Below are positions 47,374 through 59,700 of a DNA stretch of 64,000 nt, one piece after another. A program made the translations under genes and the position numbers. This stretch comes from Laetmonice hystrix. Its lineage: Eukaryota. Every line of letters starts with the position of its first letter. The stretch's first letter is position 1. The stretch is taken from positions 30,754,001 through 30,818,000 of the forward strand of contig OZ249436.1 of NCBI GenBank assembly GCA_965235115.1. Direction: 5' to 3'. Under the pieces are notes generated by a model that worked only from the letters and a program-made list of their open reading frames with translations, made no database searches and was not told the origin of the DNA.

Positions 47374-47848
47374 TGAGTAGTTGGTGTTTAACAGCAGTAG
47401 TCCAGGTATATCAGGGTGCAGTAGCGTACCGGGGGGGGGGGGGGTGCTTGGGGTGCTCCCCCTCAATTTGCCCATTTTTTTTGGCGCTTGCTGCCCATAG
47501 CCCCCTCCCAATTGGCAGCGCCTACGACGTTGGTTATTTCCAGCAACCCCCTTTGTCCAGTTTCTGGGTACGCCACTGGGGTGACAAGGTTAACTAACCC
47601 AGTCCGTGAAATCCATTGGGTGATGATGCTGAGATGATAGGAAGAACCCCGCTCACCGGGGCTAACCCCTACTCTTTTCGATAGATCTTTAACGTGCCCC
47701 TCCACATAGACGTATATTGTCATGGCCGGCCTTTAATAAAGCAGTGGGTACCACTGCTATCCAGGAAAGTCCGCCGAAGCCGTGGCTCCAACCCAGAACG
47801 TTTGGATTAAAGATCCCGCGCTCTAACCACTGCACCATCCCCGAACCC
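47374..47848 (-). mobile_element. Full-length tRNA-derived SINE with a Meta/Deu(Nin)-like core; 13-14-bp TSD; interrupted by a MITE
   Basis: Minus strand: GGGTTCGGGGA-TGGTGCAGTGG (A box)-TTAGAGCGCGGGATCTTTAATCCAAACGTTCTG-GGTTGGAGCC (decayed B box)...TTATTAAAGGCC..GGGGCACGTTAAAGATCTATCGAAAAGAGTAGGG...TGATATACCTGGACTACTGCTGTTAAACACCAACTACTCA. TSD CCTTACATATTAAG at 47360-47373 and 47849-47862. Confidence 0.88.
47419..47578. mobile_element. 160-bp MITE nested in the SINE tail; 12-bp TIRs and an apparent 5-bp TSD
   Basis: CAGTAGCGTACC...GGTACGCCACTG (one mismatch); GGGTG on both sides (47414-47418 and 47579-47583). Confidence 0.8.
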
Positions 47849-50561
47849 CCTTACATATTAAGAGGTTTACGCGATCCCTGGGAACATTTGGTTTCAATTC
47901 CTAACTTTTTTTGTTTACACAGATCATATTTCAACCCTTCTTGTTTACTGTACGAAACTGATTTTTTTAGCTTTCAGTACACAACCTTTTCGTTTCGGAT
48001 CTCATCAAAAGGAGCTTTCTGGCGCCCAAAATACGGTTACAGCAAACCGATATGTACCAACCAGATGGCAGCAATTCTCTGAGAAACGTGACTGCGCAAT
48101 GGGTTCTCTGCTGCAGTCGTGGTCGCTCTGAGAATGATCTGACTGCTCGAGCCTAGGTTGGTATTTTATGGAACCACTACACCCGTGGATCACCTTACTC
48201 CTAACATAAAACTCCCCGATCCCATAGAATTACACCTCTTGCCTGCCCTATCTCGGCGTTTCGCGGGCCTTTTCTTATCCAGACCTCCCTTGTTTGTAGG
48301 TAAATGTTTGGAAACACGACGACCTATCATTTCTCGATTGCCAGCGCAATTTACGCTCTGTGATTTTCACAACGACGTACATATTGATGTAAGATTACAT
48401 ACTAAAGATACGCGAAAAGGCTTTCTACAGATGAATCGTCTTTTTATGGTAGGAAAACATTCAACCGGAAATTTCCAACCAAAGAAAATGGAAGAGTGAA
48501 TGTTACGCACATTCAGCTGAAATACGCTTCATATCATGGCGAGTCTGAGGATAAAATTCCGGCTATCTTCTAAGCGAAACATTTCTAAGGCATCAAACAG
48601 TAATGTATTAATGTTATTACAGAACTTATTTTGGAACTATATACCGGAAATTTGTTTTTGACAACAGAAGATCATATCGTGCTAAACACACATTTACTGC
48701 TATTTTCTCTCTTAAAGAATGTTTTTAATGCGTCAACATTCAAAACCGCGACTGGTAAACAGTACACTGGTCTGTTCGTGTCACACCTTCCTTCAGAGTA
48801 CTTTAGACACTACGTTTTTTTCATCCCTACGATGTGTGAAATCCTTCTACATTGCCATCCAAATCACTCAAAACCAACTCATGACAGACGACTCTTATAT
48901 TTTATATTATGAGATAATATTTTCCAAATGTTTTCAGTATATAGAGACGCATGCATGACTTCAATAAGCAGTGCACCCACCATTGTTCTTTATTGTTACC
49001 CAACTGACTCAAGACGCTGGATGCAAGGTGGGACAACACCCCTGACGCTGACCCTTTGTATAAAGAGTTGTGGATTTGAAGGCAAGGCACACCTGACCAG
49101 ACTTAGACCACTTCACGCTGTTGGAGGCTCCTGGACCTCCTGGACCTCTGGGAATATTGCCTCCGACCCGCCCGCCCCCAACCCCACCATCTCAAGGCAC
49201 GGTAACGGTTAAGTTGTTCCCCAACTGTTTGTTGTATGAGGCCAACAAACACTTCAAGTACCTTCACTCATATCATCTGATACATACATACACACACACA
49301 CCTACATACATACATGCATGGACGTACACTTGTATATATGGGTCAATGTAATACCTTTCGGTGAAGCAGTTTCACGCTCTTTGGCCTGAGGTTTCTTTTT
49401 TTTTGGGGGGGGGGGGCGTTATTGTTTACAAGGTGAGACCACATATAAAGAAATATACAAGACATAATTTATTATACCTTGATGAAGAATTTTGGATACG
49501 TCTTACATTATGAAGTTATTTTCATTTCAGAATAAACTGCCAGATGTATTTCCCGAGCAGACGTAGTATGTGTATTATCACGAGAAATACCGGCACCTTT
49601 CATGTCTTGACGACCACTAAGTAACCACTCCCGTCAAAGCGATGAAAATAAAGTTACTTCATATATCCATTTCCTTGTGCGTTTCATTTCTATTTAAACC
49701 AGATTTCGTCAGTAATAAGTATATCCATGTCCCAGCTACAGTAACCATTGTTAAACAATTATCCTCCCTCCCCAGTCCCAACATCAGTGAGTATCAGTAT
49801 CAGTGAGCAACTAGTCAAGGCATGACTATCTGGGACGGTATCTCCCCAACACGGTTCATACTTCAGCCTCATTATGCCAATTACCATTTGTTTTCATTAC
49901 ACGAGGAACAAATCTTTATTTGTCCTACTGTGTTTAGTAACAGAGGATTACTGACTTCAGATGAGTCTGGGCAAGGTTATTTTACACCACAGCCAAGTCA
50001 CAACATTTTCATTTATTTTCACGCATTTTAGACTGCTTTTTACAAACAGATTAAGAATTCGAAGCTTAAACAAAGAAAGCAGTATCATCATCGCGAGGTC
50101 AAACAAACCATATAATATATCGGTCTCAATGATGGACCAGCTGTCTGCGTCTGAGACTGCGTCCATGGGCGACCGACCAATGCCTCAATTATCGATGAAC
50201 AACTGAGAAGGCAATAGACACGAATCACCCCATTACCCCATTACTCCCTCATCCTCAACTCCATGCCACTTTTATTCTAATCCAGAACTTTTTTGCCAGC
50301 TGTGGTGGTCAGTGAAACGGCATCATGTCAAGATCTGTGGTACTTGTCTACTCAGGCGGTGAAAAAAGGCGTTGGATTCACGCGTGCATCAGGGGTTAGT
50401 TAAGGTCAGAGCAATGAAACAATCACCCCCAATTAGGATCGCATGATCTCTTGGCAATCCTTCTGATCTACCAGTCCATATTTGATCATTTTCAGCATGA
50501 CCTGAATCATGTGACCAGTCTCAACCTGTGAAAAAATATCTGATTATCAATAATAGAGAGG

Positions 50562-51151
50562 ACAACCAGCACGATGGTTGGGACTAGGACACCTTCAGTG
50601 GGGCTGCTACACAACCAGCACGGTGGCTGGGGCTAGGACACATTCAGTGGGGCTACTACACAACCAGCACGGTGGCTGGGACTAGGACACCTTCAGTGGG
50701 GCTGACTACACAACCAGCACGGTGGCAGAGAGTAGGACACCTTCAGTGGGGCTGACTACACAACCAGCACGGTGGTTGGGACTAGGACACCTTTAGTGGG
50801 ACTGACTACACAACCAGCACGGTGGTTGGGACTAGGACACCTTTAGTGGGGCTGACTACACAACCAGCACGGTGGTTGGGACTAGGACACCTTTAGTGGG
50901 GCTGACTACACAACCAGCACGGTGGCAGAGAGTAGGACACCTTCAGTGGGGCTGACTACACAACCAGCACGGTGGCAGAGAGGACACCTTCAGTGGTGCT
51001 GACTACACAACCAGCACGGTGGCAGAGAGTAGGATACCTTCAATGGGGCTGACTCTACAACCAGCACGGTGGCAGAGTAGGACACCTTCAGTGGTGCTGA
51101 CTACACAACCAGCACGGTGGCAGAGAGTAGGACACGTTCAGCGGGACTGAC
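50562..51151. repeat. Minisatellite, ~50-bp unit, about 12 copies
   Basis: CAACCAGCACGGTGG[TTGGGAC|CAGAGAG]TAGGACACCTTCAGTGGGGCTGACTACA. Confidence 0.97.
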
Positions 51152-54100
51152 GACAAAGATGTGAACTTGAGATCCCCCAAAGAAAACGATGATTTGCGAT
51201 GAGTACCCAGTCCAAACTAAAATCCCATGCCTCGTGAAAAAAAGTATATTTGAAGCAAAATGGGCCAGGCAGTTGGTCCACCTGTCCACATACGGGTGGT
51301 TTGCAAAACGTTTAACACAATCATTCAACCTTTAGAGCTTCCAATGATATCAGTATTTTTGTACCTGCGACAAAGTGCCAGGTTTAAAATGAAGCTCTAG
51401 TAAATGATTGCTTTATTTCCTTAATACCTCAAGTACACAATGAATTTCGCAAGTAAAAGAAAGTCAGATCAGGTTGCTCTTTTAGTTACCAGACGGTTCA
51501 AAAAGATGACACACCTGTCGTGATAATATCTTGCATACATTTGCCGACGTCAGTGATGCATTTCTTTTCAAAAGATCACTGACTGAGCAGCAGTATAAAT
51601 TTAAGCGTTGTTGCCGGATGGCGCCCCATTTTTCGGGCCTCACTCGAACGGATTCTACGCCAGGACTGTTATTTAACGTTGGAGGACAAGCTAAGAAAAC
51701 TTCCCCTGTCTGTTTACATTAAGACCTTTGGGCTGGGTTAACATGAACTCTCGTGTGGAGGTTGGGGGGGGGGGTGTGTTAGAGACACCCGCATCACCAG
51801 AAGGGGTAGAACAGCACTGTTCTCGACAGCAACTGGGGAAGCCTAAACCTGTATCGATATAACTACTTCTGGTTCTAAACGATACTGTCTGTCTGTCATG
51901 CTCGACCTGCATAGGATTAAGTTTAGAAATTTTGTCGTGGAAAAAGGTGCTTCCATTGAACCAACTCATTTATGGGTACCCTAGTCAGCACAAAATAACT
52001 TCTAGCAAGTTCTTTGCTCTAGATTCACACCGAGTCGCAAAGCCGGATCCTGACGGAGAGAATTGAAAAAGAAAATAATTGTAATGTTATTTTTATCTTT
52101 CAAAACAAAAATGTATATACTGTGTTCTACGCAATACAACGAGCTAATGTAACTGATAGGTTCAAAACTACTATTCATTATTAGTTCCCTGTCTCATCTC
52201 AGTCACTGGTCCAAAAACATTCCAACAGTCAAACATTGTGGGGTTTTTTTCTAATAATATGCAATACACATCAAGTGTACATATCACCCGAATGGGTTAT
52301 TGACTGCGCTACGCTTTATAACTCTGTACAGTAAATAAACACGTTAGACTTTCCATGGCAAAGTAAAAATCGCATGGCATTCCATTGACACTTAACACTT
52401 TGCCTCATCTCATAATGCGTCCTGTCTGTTGACATTGCCCCTTGCTAATGGCTTAGATGACAGCGAGGACAGTTTTTCATGCCCTGCTAACTATAAAATA
52501 CCCAATTTTACTGAGATATCAAGGGAAAAAACCTTTCTATTATACGAAAAAAGCAGTGCCTTTAATGGAGTGCCACCTGTTAGAACTGCAGGTCGGGAAA
52601 AAAAGAAAAGACCCCCCTCAACGTATTACAACAGGACTTAAACATGTGCACCAATTCATAATTTAAAAGTTTACCTTACTTGGACGGTATTTCTTACACG
52701 AGTAGAGGGTGTCTCGACACTATAAAAAACTGAACTCCACGTAACACATGACCACACGATCCCTGCCACCCCAATTTGATCGACATCAGTTTGAAGATGT
52801 TTACAGACTTCCCTTACATTTACCTCACTCCTGTTCGCTGTACGTGTACATGGATAAACCTTTGTTAACTTCGCTTCGAACGTTGTTGGGTGCGTGGACA
52901 AATGTTTAAAAGAATTAGTTGATACACTTCTAATGGTACATGAGTGGAGACGAATCAACTGAGATGGGGAGAAAAAGATTACTAGGTCCTGCACAAGCCT
53001 ACTTGCCTATCGATGGAAATAAATATACACTTGTGCCTTTAAGCCTTGTTTCAAACAGAGAGTAAAGCGACCAAAATATTGAGAAGTTAAGCCTGCTGCC
53101 AGATAGTTTTAAAACCGTTCCCAATCCGAAAATCTAACATTAACAAGATATTTTATGCTTCTGTAAGTGGCCTTTTCCATCGTCCCCTGAATGTGGTGTT
53201 TGGTGTCAAACGCTCACATACACCAGCGACACCTAGTGCATACGACGGTGACAGCCATGTCCGGAGTGTCCCAGTCTGAGCTTTTCCTTTCAAAATCCAT
53301 GTCGGCGTTACTGTCTCTCTGCGTTCAACACAATGGTTTCGACACAACCTTCCACGTAAGACTCCAAATATGGCAGACTCTTTGTGTTTCCTTTCTAATT
53401 CCTGGAGACAGGAATAGCCTCATTCTCTCAGTATGATCATCAACTCGCAAGGGGCATCGTGCTTTGCTTGTGGCTGTCGAAATATCTAATAGGTTGTTAG
53501 TATATATGACTGGTGTATCAAGTGATCCTGGTTTGCTATCTAAATGAAGCAGTCACTCGCTGCCCTAGTCACAGCAGGAGTCTGGCTCAGAGGACGACTC
53601 GCCTGTGGCTACAGCCTGTGTTACTGACGTAAGTGGTGCCAGCCCTTGGATGAAGTCCAGCTAGCTCCGTCCCCATCAGTCTGCTACTTAACCTCATCCA
53701 TCAGCCTTGATGCTGGCCTCAGCAAGGCTCACGGCCTTCAAAGCCGTTCACACAGCCACTCTCGTATATTGAGACCACTGACAGCGTACACGGCTAAATT
53801 TGACATATAGCCTGGCATTAGAGCATACTGAAAAAAAGGTGCGACGTATACACAAGATCTAGGCCACTTCAATAACCCTTGGACAAATAAGACATGCGTT
53901 TTGTATTTCTTGCTATCTTAATATATATTTGATTTGCTGTGCCTTATGTATTTCATTTAAAACACTTAAAGGCCGGGGTGGTCTATAGAAGGAGCCAATG
54001 GGGAGCCCCGGTACATGTGCGTTTGAGCAGCCACACAGCAGGCTTGGATTTTCAGACATTGTTGCCTCCTGTGAGCGTACCAGATGAATGCACCTTTAGA

Positions 54101-55415
54101 ACTACATGTACTAGAAAATCAGATTTGGGGTAATTTGTGCATCACAACAATCCTTGTTTTGACGTTAGAATATGGATTTGATTGACAACTGCTTAGTCAG
54201 TTGACCAGTGATGTATCATGTGGTGGTGTTATCTTGGTGACCTAGTTGCTAGGATACAAGGCAGGCCCTTCCCCATTGGCTCTAGCTCTAGTCCTCGCCA
54301 GCCCCTTGCACTCTAATTGGTCTAAACATTTTATTGCCGTCCACCCGGATTTTTCATGCAGGAAACCTCGGCCTTTAACACCTTTGGCATCAAATTTTAG
54401 GAAACTTTAATTATTCAGTGTGAAGAACAGCCGAAAGCCCATGGATTAACGCCCATACAATTTCTTAAACTAAAGGATATCTGGAATGGTCTAAAATGAC
54501 CCTATAGGCCAGGTTAAGTCCGGTGCAAGTGTGCTTACTTTATTGCCATGCTTAATAATACAAAATATCAAAATCAGGCCAATAAGGTAATTTCTCAGGT
54601 ATTCTTACAATAACTACAAGAAAACTTGGTTTAACTGACTACATAAAACATTCGATAAAAGTGGTTTAAACCTTGCAGTGAGCTGCATCCTCAGGATATG
54701 TATATTTCTGTCAACTACTATAATGTATGTTTTAGTACCCCAGTACCAGGGCACATTATTTGTATTTGTATGTATTGTATTTCAGACTGAACAAATAACT
54801 GTAAAAAGCCCGAACCATTATTCATCCAAGCTGTCATGACCACGTCCATATCTGTGCATACAGAATTCCCAGGATCCAGGCCCTGAACAAAGGTTCGCTG
54901 AGGTTCACAATTAGTATTCCTACCGGGACCGAGTCAGTCACCGAAAAAAGGGATCCGGCAAGCCAGCCATGGCTGTCTGCCTCCGTTGACCAGTGCACAG
55001 TCGGTAACCGGGTCCAGACCACGATCATGTTTAAAGTGGCAGCACCTTATGTACGTCTTGGGTGCATGTTTTGACCAAATAAACGGCCCGAAACCAACAT
55101 TTTACTCTAGGTACTAAAGCTAACAGACTCCTCCACTATAAGCCTGTACACTCCTGAAGGACCAGCCCCGCCTCCATACCCGTGAATGGGACTAATAATT
55201 ACCTTAGCTCCGGGCGGCCAGGCGGGATCAGGTATGCCATGTACGGGTGGCTCAGGACGTTTACATGATACATTGCGTGATATGTGCCAATACTGGTTGA
55301 TAAGCCGCTGGTGTTTGCTTTCATGTCAGTTAGTGAATACCTCATCATCATAAACATACAATTCATCACTTGCTAGCTAATGAAACGTCATGCATGTATT
55401 ATATAGTTCACCTTA

Positions 55416-55626
55416 AGTGGTGAACCCACCAAGGCGATTCCCCTTGCGACGGCCATGCGATTTTTGATTTAATGGTGAAATTTCACTCTGAAATTTTTCC
55501 TGGCTGGCCTTTTCCGTTTCAGGAAATGGGTTCCATCCTTTAATCTCAAAATTACAGTAAAATAAAAGGGTGATGTCAAAATCGCATGGGCGTCGCAAGG
55601 GGAATCGCCTTGGTGGGTTCAGCACT
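55416..55626. mobile_element. 211-bp PIF/Harbinger-type MITE, TTA TSD, copy 2
   Basis: TTA|AGTGGTGAACCCACC...GGTGGGTTCAGCACT|TTA. Same length and orientation as 30472-30682, with about 4 substitutions. Confidence 0.93.
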
Positions 55627-56316
55627 TTACGGAGGTTCGCCTTTTCTAAACCTTGATATCATCGATCCGCTATGATCGATAATGATTTAAGTTATCACTT
55701 TGGGCAGCTTTGAATGATTGGAATCTATCAGGCGTGGACAATCACCTTGGCTTGGCCCATCAACTCTTCTATTCCAGTCCAAACATTACATCTCCCCCCC
55801 CCGTTTCCCTGATCATTAATCGTGTCCCCATCAGTTGCGTAAAATTACCACCATTCACTCCCACTCACGGTCACTCGGAGTTACTGGGGACATTTTGGTA
55901 TTACTGACAAACGGATGAACGTATTTCAGACCATTCAGATGTCATATCAATGGAATACTTCAAACAAGCCTTCGACTGAAGTTTCATATTTTTGTAAAGT
56001 GTAACAATTTTAGATATCGCTTTACAAACTGCCTACGCAAGGGTCCAAATTACCCGGTACCACACGTATTTTTGGCTGTGACGTCTCTAGCGTTCTGCTG
56101 GGGTAGGCAGGGTGAGAAAGGATACATTGAGGTCATACCCCCGCCTACCAACAGCTGCTATACCCTGAACTACACCCCGACCTCTAAACCTGGCCCCAGT
56201 CGTACCCTACCCAGAAATCAGCCATGTTTATGGGAGTTGATGGACACCTGGGGGAAGAGGTGTGATGCACTCCACTAACCCAGATGGTAGAGTGCTTTCG
56301 GCCGGTTTGCACTGAG

Positions 56317-56757
56317 ATCACTGCACGGCATGGGGATGGGTAACCCTGAACTGATCAGGATGTGAGACTTTAAACTAACTGCAATCACTGCACTGGGTGG
56401 GCCTACGAGGAACCTTGACCAGATCAGGTTGTCATGGCTAACTGCAATCACTGCACGGAGTAACCCTGACCCGATCAGGTTGTAAGAAACTAACTGCAAT
56501 CACTGCACCGGGTGTGCCTACGACATGGCTTGATGTCTAACTGCAATCACTGCACGGAGTAACTGCAATCACTGCACCGGGTGGGCCTACGACATGGCTT
56601 GATGTCTAACTGCAATCACCGCACGGAGTAACCCTGACCCGATCAGGTTGTGAGACTTTAAACTAACTGCAATCACTGCACCGGGTGCATGGGCCTACGA
56701 GGAACCTTTGACCAGATCCGGTTGTCATGGCTTGATGTCTAACTACAATCACTGCAC
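56317..56757. repeat. Complex modular repeat: a constant 17-mer separated by two alternating spacer types
   Basis: AACTGCAATCACTGCAC occurs 8 times plus one partial copy. Spacers alternate GGAGTAACCCTGACCCGATCAGGTTGT.. and CGGGTGGGCCTACGA..CATGGCTTGATGTCT. Confidence 0.9.
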
Positions 56758-59700
56758 AGCATCTGTTTGGCCATGTAATCTACCTTAAGTAAAGGTACAG
56801 ACCCCCAGACAACTCCACGTTCAGCCAGCCATCTGATGATTATCAACAATTACGACCCACTTTATTGTTTCGGTGTCTACTTTTCCACATCACTGACAGA
56901 AGATTGCCTCATGACACAAGGACTGTGGGTATGAAATGTACTGACAGATTAGTCTCTCGGGCCAATACGTAAAGCCTGAGACAGCATGTACATGATGTAG
57001 TCAGCGCTAGGATGACTGCTCAATAGCTTAATGAGACAAGTTATGGACCACTTAAATGAAGTCACCTCATCTTCAGTACTCTGACCTAGTTCAGCTAACC
57101 AAGTGCGTCTTCATCTTCTCTCGGTCCTCTACCAGATGCTCCGCGTCCGACAATTTGATTGACGTTTTAACTCCGTTACACGACAACGATAATATTTAAA
57201 GAAACCGGCATGTACATCCTGGTGATTCTCTGAACATTACAGAAGGGAACCCAAAGATGTGATTTTCCGAAATCCGCAAACCACAGTAAACCTTTGTTTA
57301 ATGCGGATGATTTCCTCACGCCTTGTAATTAGACTTATCTCACTCTGAGACATCAAAAGACCCACGACGTACTCACCTTCCAGGAACTGAAGTAATCTAG
57401 CAATGATTTGGGAGTCGTCCGCCATGATCGTACTCTCCAGTGTCACATCCAAACGACTACTACCTGAACAAAGCAGCGCGTCACTGAATAACAAATTATG
57501 CTACCGTGCAGACGTATGCCGCAAGCCAATTTCCAATGTCATATCGCGTCTGTAGTCAGACTGTTCACTTTTACATTTACAACACAATGAAGGACGGCAG
57601 TGCCTTAGAAAAAAAACTGCTTGATCGTTTCTTCAACCTCCTTGATAGAATCATTCATCTTTCTCCTAAAAAAATATACTATGAATATGTCCTGACGGCA
57701 AGGCATATATACGATCATAGTTTACTTTGAATAAAAGATATGACCTAATTATAGACTTCTCACCTTCTCATTAAGGCCATGCCACCTGAGGGCTTAACCC
57801 TACGGCAAGGTCATTCACAAGGTCATCCAAGTATCCGGCATAACAGAGACTGCCATTCATAGATACATGCAGCTATATCCACAAGAGGCTAAAGAAGATA
57901 TTTGTTTCCAGGAATAAAATAATTAAAAGAAAGTTCACCATAAAACGGCAAAGACTCCTCCCGACTTTCTGAGGTATATTTGAAGCGACTCTACCTCGGT
58001 TAAAATTCAACTTCAACACTAAGATAGTCCGAGATGCTGCTTGAAATAGGCATATTTTTATCCTTCGTTAAGAGCAAATATGTACATCCAAAAGGGGAGA
58101 AAGAAGAAACTGAAGTTGAAATATAATGACTTTTTTTAATATACGTCTATCGGGATTTAAATTATGTAACTGAGTAAGATTACGCTTACACGTACGGTAT
58201 TGTACCTCGTCACTTGTCACTTCTTCTGTCTGCGTTAGAGGAAAAATCATATGCCAGGGGGATTTTACCATTTAAACAATCGATTGAAAACGGAATAACT
58301 TTCTCGTTGACTAATTCATCAAACTGTTTTAAAACGTCTGGTTTCCAGCCGATGTCTGTCAGTGAAGTGTATGATAAGTAATCCAGACATTCGTGAGATT
58401 ATGGGGGCAGAGTTCCATGAAGAACCGGAAATATGCAGTTTCCACTCCGACACGCAGTTTGTCCGCGTCGAGGCTTCAACTATAGGGATGGAGTCAGTTA
58501 CGGAAGACGTGGGAACATAATCTCCCTCTTCCTAGATAGACTATGAGTATGATCACACCAATAAATGCTACATCCTATCCCTACAGCTATACAGTGATTT
58601 CTTCTTTTTAAGTTGCAAATGCAATTCGGTAATAATGACATAATCGTAATAGCAATGGTAAAATCCCTAATTGAAGCCGATGCTTCGAGCGTATCATCTG
58701 TTTCTGATATGTTTTACGTACAAAAACGTACTATAAAAAGGAGCCTCCTAGCCTGATATATGACATCCGTATTTGTAACAACAATTGAGTATTTCCTCCA
58801 TGGGATATTTGCACGTGACGGGAGTCTCTTGTGTAGGCCCAGTGTTTCCTCTGGTGCGGCAGTAGCATTACACCTTTTACCAGCTAAGAAATTATTTTAT
58901 TAGGGCGTCGCGTTAGGATGTGAATCATTATCACAAATGTCAGGAGTACCCGTATACGTTACCGAATCCATCCTTCTCCATTCCGCATGGAAATCGCCGA
59001 CTTGTTACTAAGCCAACACGTGTGATTTCATGGTAAATATCCCTGATGGCCGCCCCATGATAGTTTGTAATAGCCCCATCCCACGTATCAGTGGCCTTAC
59101 CTCAGCCAGCCAGGAGAGTGTTCCAACCAGCCATCCACTAGAGTACAGACAAAACAACCGCCAGTTTAGATCTAAACCAAAAATAATATATACAAGTTAT
59201 CTACGATGGGGCTGCGTTTTTTTTCAAAAACATCCTCTGATTGTTGCCAACAGCAAAAAGTAGAAAAGCAATTTATATTGCCTCAGGCTTATATCAAACA
59301 CTGGCAGTGACAGACAAGCATAACAGCGAGCCTCGTTTGCCAGAGATAACTCTGTGGATGCAAGGCTGAAACAATCTGGCCGTCTGGTTGGTCCAGTTTC
59401 TCTATCCGCTCATTGGGGGAGCCACCAGTACTGAAAGTGGAGTCATCTTTGAGTTTATGTATGGCTTCATTTATTGACTGACATTTCTCTCTGTCATTTT
59501 ATCATCATTTTTCTTTCATTTGTTAACTCTACCGCGGTGGCTGGATCTTTCAGACATATTCATATCTGTCCCATAATCACATCACAAATCATGAAGTACG
59601 TAACTAAATGTGACGAAATTATTACTGAACCTCTCGCTGCTGGAGTATTGGATTCTATAACCCTAACATCTGATGGCTTCCTAGAGCGATGTGAACGTTC

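Noticed and set aside
49121..49200. Collagen-like GPPGPLG peptide
   Set aside because: It comes from a 9-bp duplication (CCTGGACCT x2); only 2-3 triplets and no exon boundaries.
56317..56757. CRISPR array
   Set aside because: Spacers are homologous to one another and vary from about 5 to 59 bp, the repeat is only 17 bp, and there are no cas genes.
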